Origin: an uncultured Pseudomonadota bacterium | Lineage (GTDB): Bacteria > Oederibacteriota > Muellerivitia > Muellerivitales > Muellerivitaceae | Assembly: GCA_963770835.1 (NCBI GenBank) | Contig: CAVYRH010000026.1 | Span: 384,001-448,000 of the forward strand | Reading direction: 5' to 3' | DNA: 64,000 nucleotides | Shown: piece after piece, positions 63,114 to 64,000 of the stretch | Layout: the number at the start of each line of letters is the position of its first letter | Position numbering within the stretch: the stretch's first letter is position 1 | Translations under genes and position numbers: made by a program | Notes under the pieces: generated by a model | Databases searched by the model: none | Seen by the model: only the letters and a program-made list of their open reading frames with translations | Told to the model about the DNA's origin: nothing

Positions 63114-64000
63114 ATGAATGGAAAAAATTTTTACTTCAAAGCCCTGGGCCTTCTCGGCCTTTTAGGCCTGCCGGTTTTTTCATCGGCCCAGACCCTGCCC
63201 GCAACCATCACAGTGAACGCCGCCGCCACCCTGACCTCTTTTATTCCCATCAGCATCTTCGGGAACAATGCGGCCTATTGGATTGGCTCCAACAGCAACA
63301 TGTCCGCCCAGCCCCTTGTCCAAGCGGCGGGGAACTACTTTATCCGCTACCCGGGCGGTTCCTCCTCGGACGACTACCATTGGAACGGGACGGGAGTTGG
63401 ACCGGTGACTTTAAATGGAGTTGCCGGATTTAATTCCAACGGTTATTGGGTTCCCAGCGGAACCTCTTGGTCCTCAGGCTTCGTGGGGTACGAAACTTAC
63501 CGGGGCACCACTTCCAGCTACGGCACGGCTTCCCACCTGACCGACGGCAGCACGGCCACCACCTGGATGTCCAACGTGGACACCGATTTTCCCAACCACC
63601 AGTATGTTATTTTGGATTTGACGGGGACCGGCAATACCACCGCTAACGTCAACGCGGTCACCATTGTCTGGGGGACCCCCTATGCCACTTCCTTCCAAGT
63701 GCAATGGTTTCCGGGTAATGCCTGGAACTCCCCCACCAACACCAGCCCGGAGTCGTCCGCTTGGACCACCACCAGCGCCGGAACGGTCGCGGGCACCGGG
63801 GGCACCCAAGGGGTGACTTTTACCCAGGTTTCGACCCGCTATGTCCGCATCCTCATGACCGCCGCCTCGGGAAACTTGACCGCCAATTTGGGTTCCGTCA
63901 CCATCACCGGGCCTGCCTATGCGATCGCTGAGGTGACGGTTTATAACGGGGCCACATCGGTATCGAACAACACGTCCAACGCCACTTCACAGACCGTTGC
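63114..64000 (+). CDS. 3'-truncated secreted clan GH-A-like glycoside hydrolase with inserted discoidin (F5/8 type C) domain
   Basis: Manual translation: signal peptide, IFGNNAAYW, IRYPGGSSSDDYHW, then LTDGSTATTWMS..QYVILDL..VTIVWGTPYATSFQVQ..TRYVRILMT. Open to the window end. Confidence 0.72.
   Translation, partial: MNGKNFYFKALGLLGLLGLPVFSSAQTLPATITVNAAATLTSFIPISIFGNNAAYWIGSNSNMSAQPLVQAAGNYFIRYPGGSSSDDYHWNGTGVGPVTLNGVAGFNSNGYWVPSGTSWSSGFVGYETYRGTTSSYGTASHLTDGSTATTWMSNVDTDFPNHQYVILDLTGTGNTTANVNAVTIVWGTPYATSFQVQWFPGNAWNSPTNTSPESSAWTTTSAGTVAGTGGTQGVTFTQVSTRYVRILMTAASGNLTANLGSVTITGPAYAIAEVTVYNGATSVSNNTSNATSQTV

Overview
GC-rich chromosomal window from a diderm bacterium. The evidence is beta-barrel OMPs, TolC, a GT9 heptosyltransferase-like gene and a DnaK with the diderm-type insert. 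The many Thr-Pro-linker/FlgD-like C-terminal-domain secreted proteins resemble candidate lineages such as FCPU426, but that placement is an unverified inference. Left to right the window holds: GT2 and a secreted IgGFc-binding-domain protein; an AT-rich islet with a DUF5131 radical-SAM gene and a tcmP gene split by a complete IS21 element (5952-8460, 7-bp TSD TATTGGC); dinB; small membrane proteins; a cusCBA-type metal efflux operon with a Cys-rich leader ORF; sfsA, ferredoxin, PilZ, HDAC, a DUF62 SAM hydrolase and suhB. Next is an ~18.5-kb envelope/carbohydrate locus (25.7-44.2 kb): LacI, a CBM-like protein, an OMP, an RlmD-linker-TM-glycoside-hydrolase-like fusion, and an operon of three tandem SLH-like/coiled-coil/beta-barrel proteins flanked by three CBM11/CIA30-like lipoproteins. 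This operon is the best candidate for an undescribed system. Then come lepA-lepB-hemW-hrcA-grpE-dnaK, dxr-rseP, sucCD, GT39-PA14, GT9, GH5 and a truncated GH-A/discoidin protein. Many intergenic gaps carry palindromic elements from several families (heptamer-arm, nonamer-arm, CCCTCTCCC-type, GTCATTGCGAG-type, MITEs). Frameshifts in lepA, dnaK, GH5 and IS21 are probably assembly indels. No tRNA, rRNA or CRISPR array was seen. All family assignments come from motif recognition by eye, not database searches.
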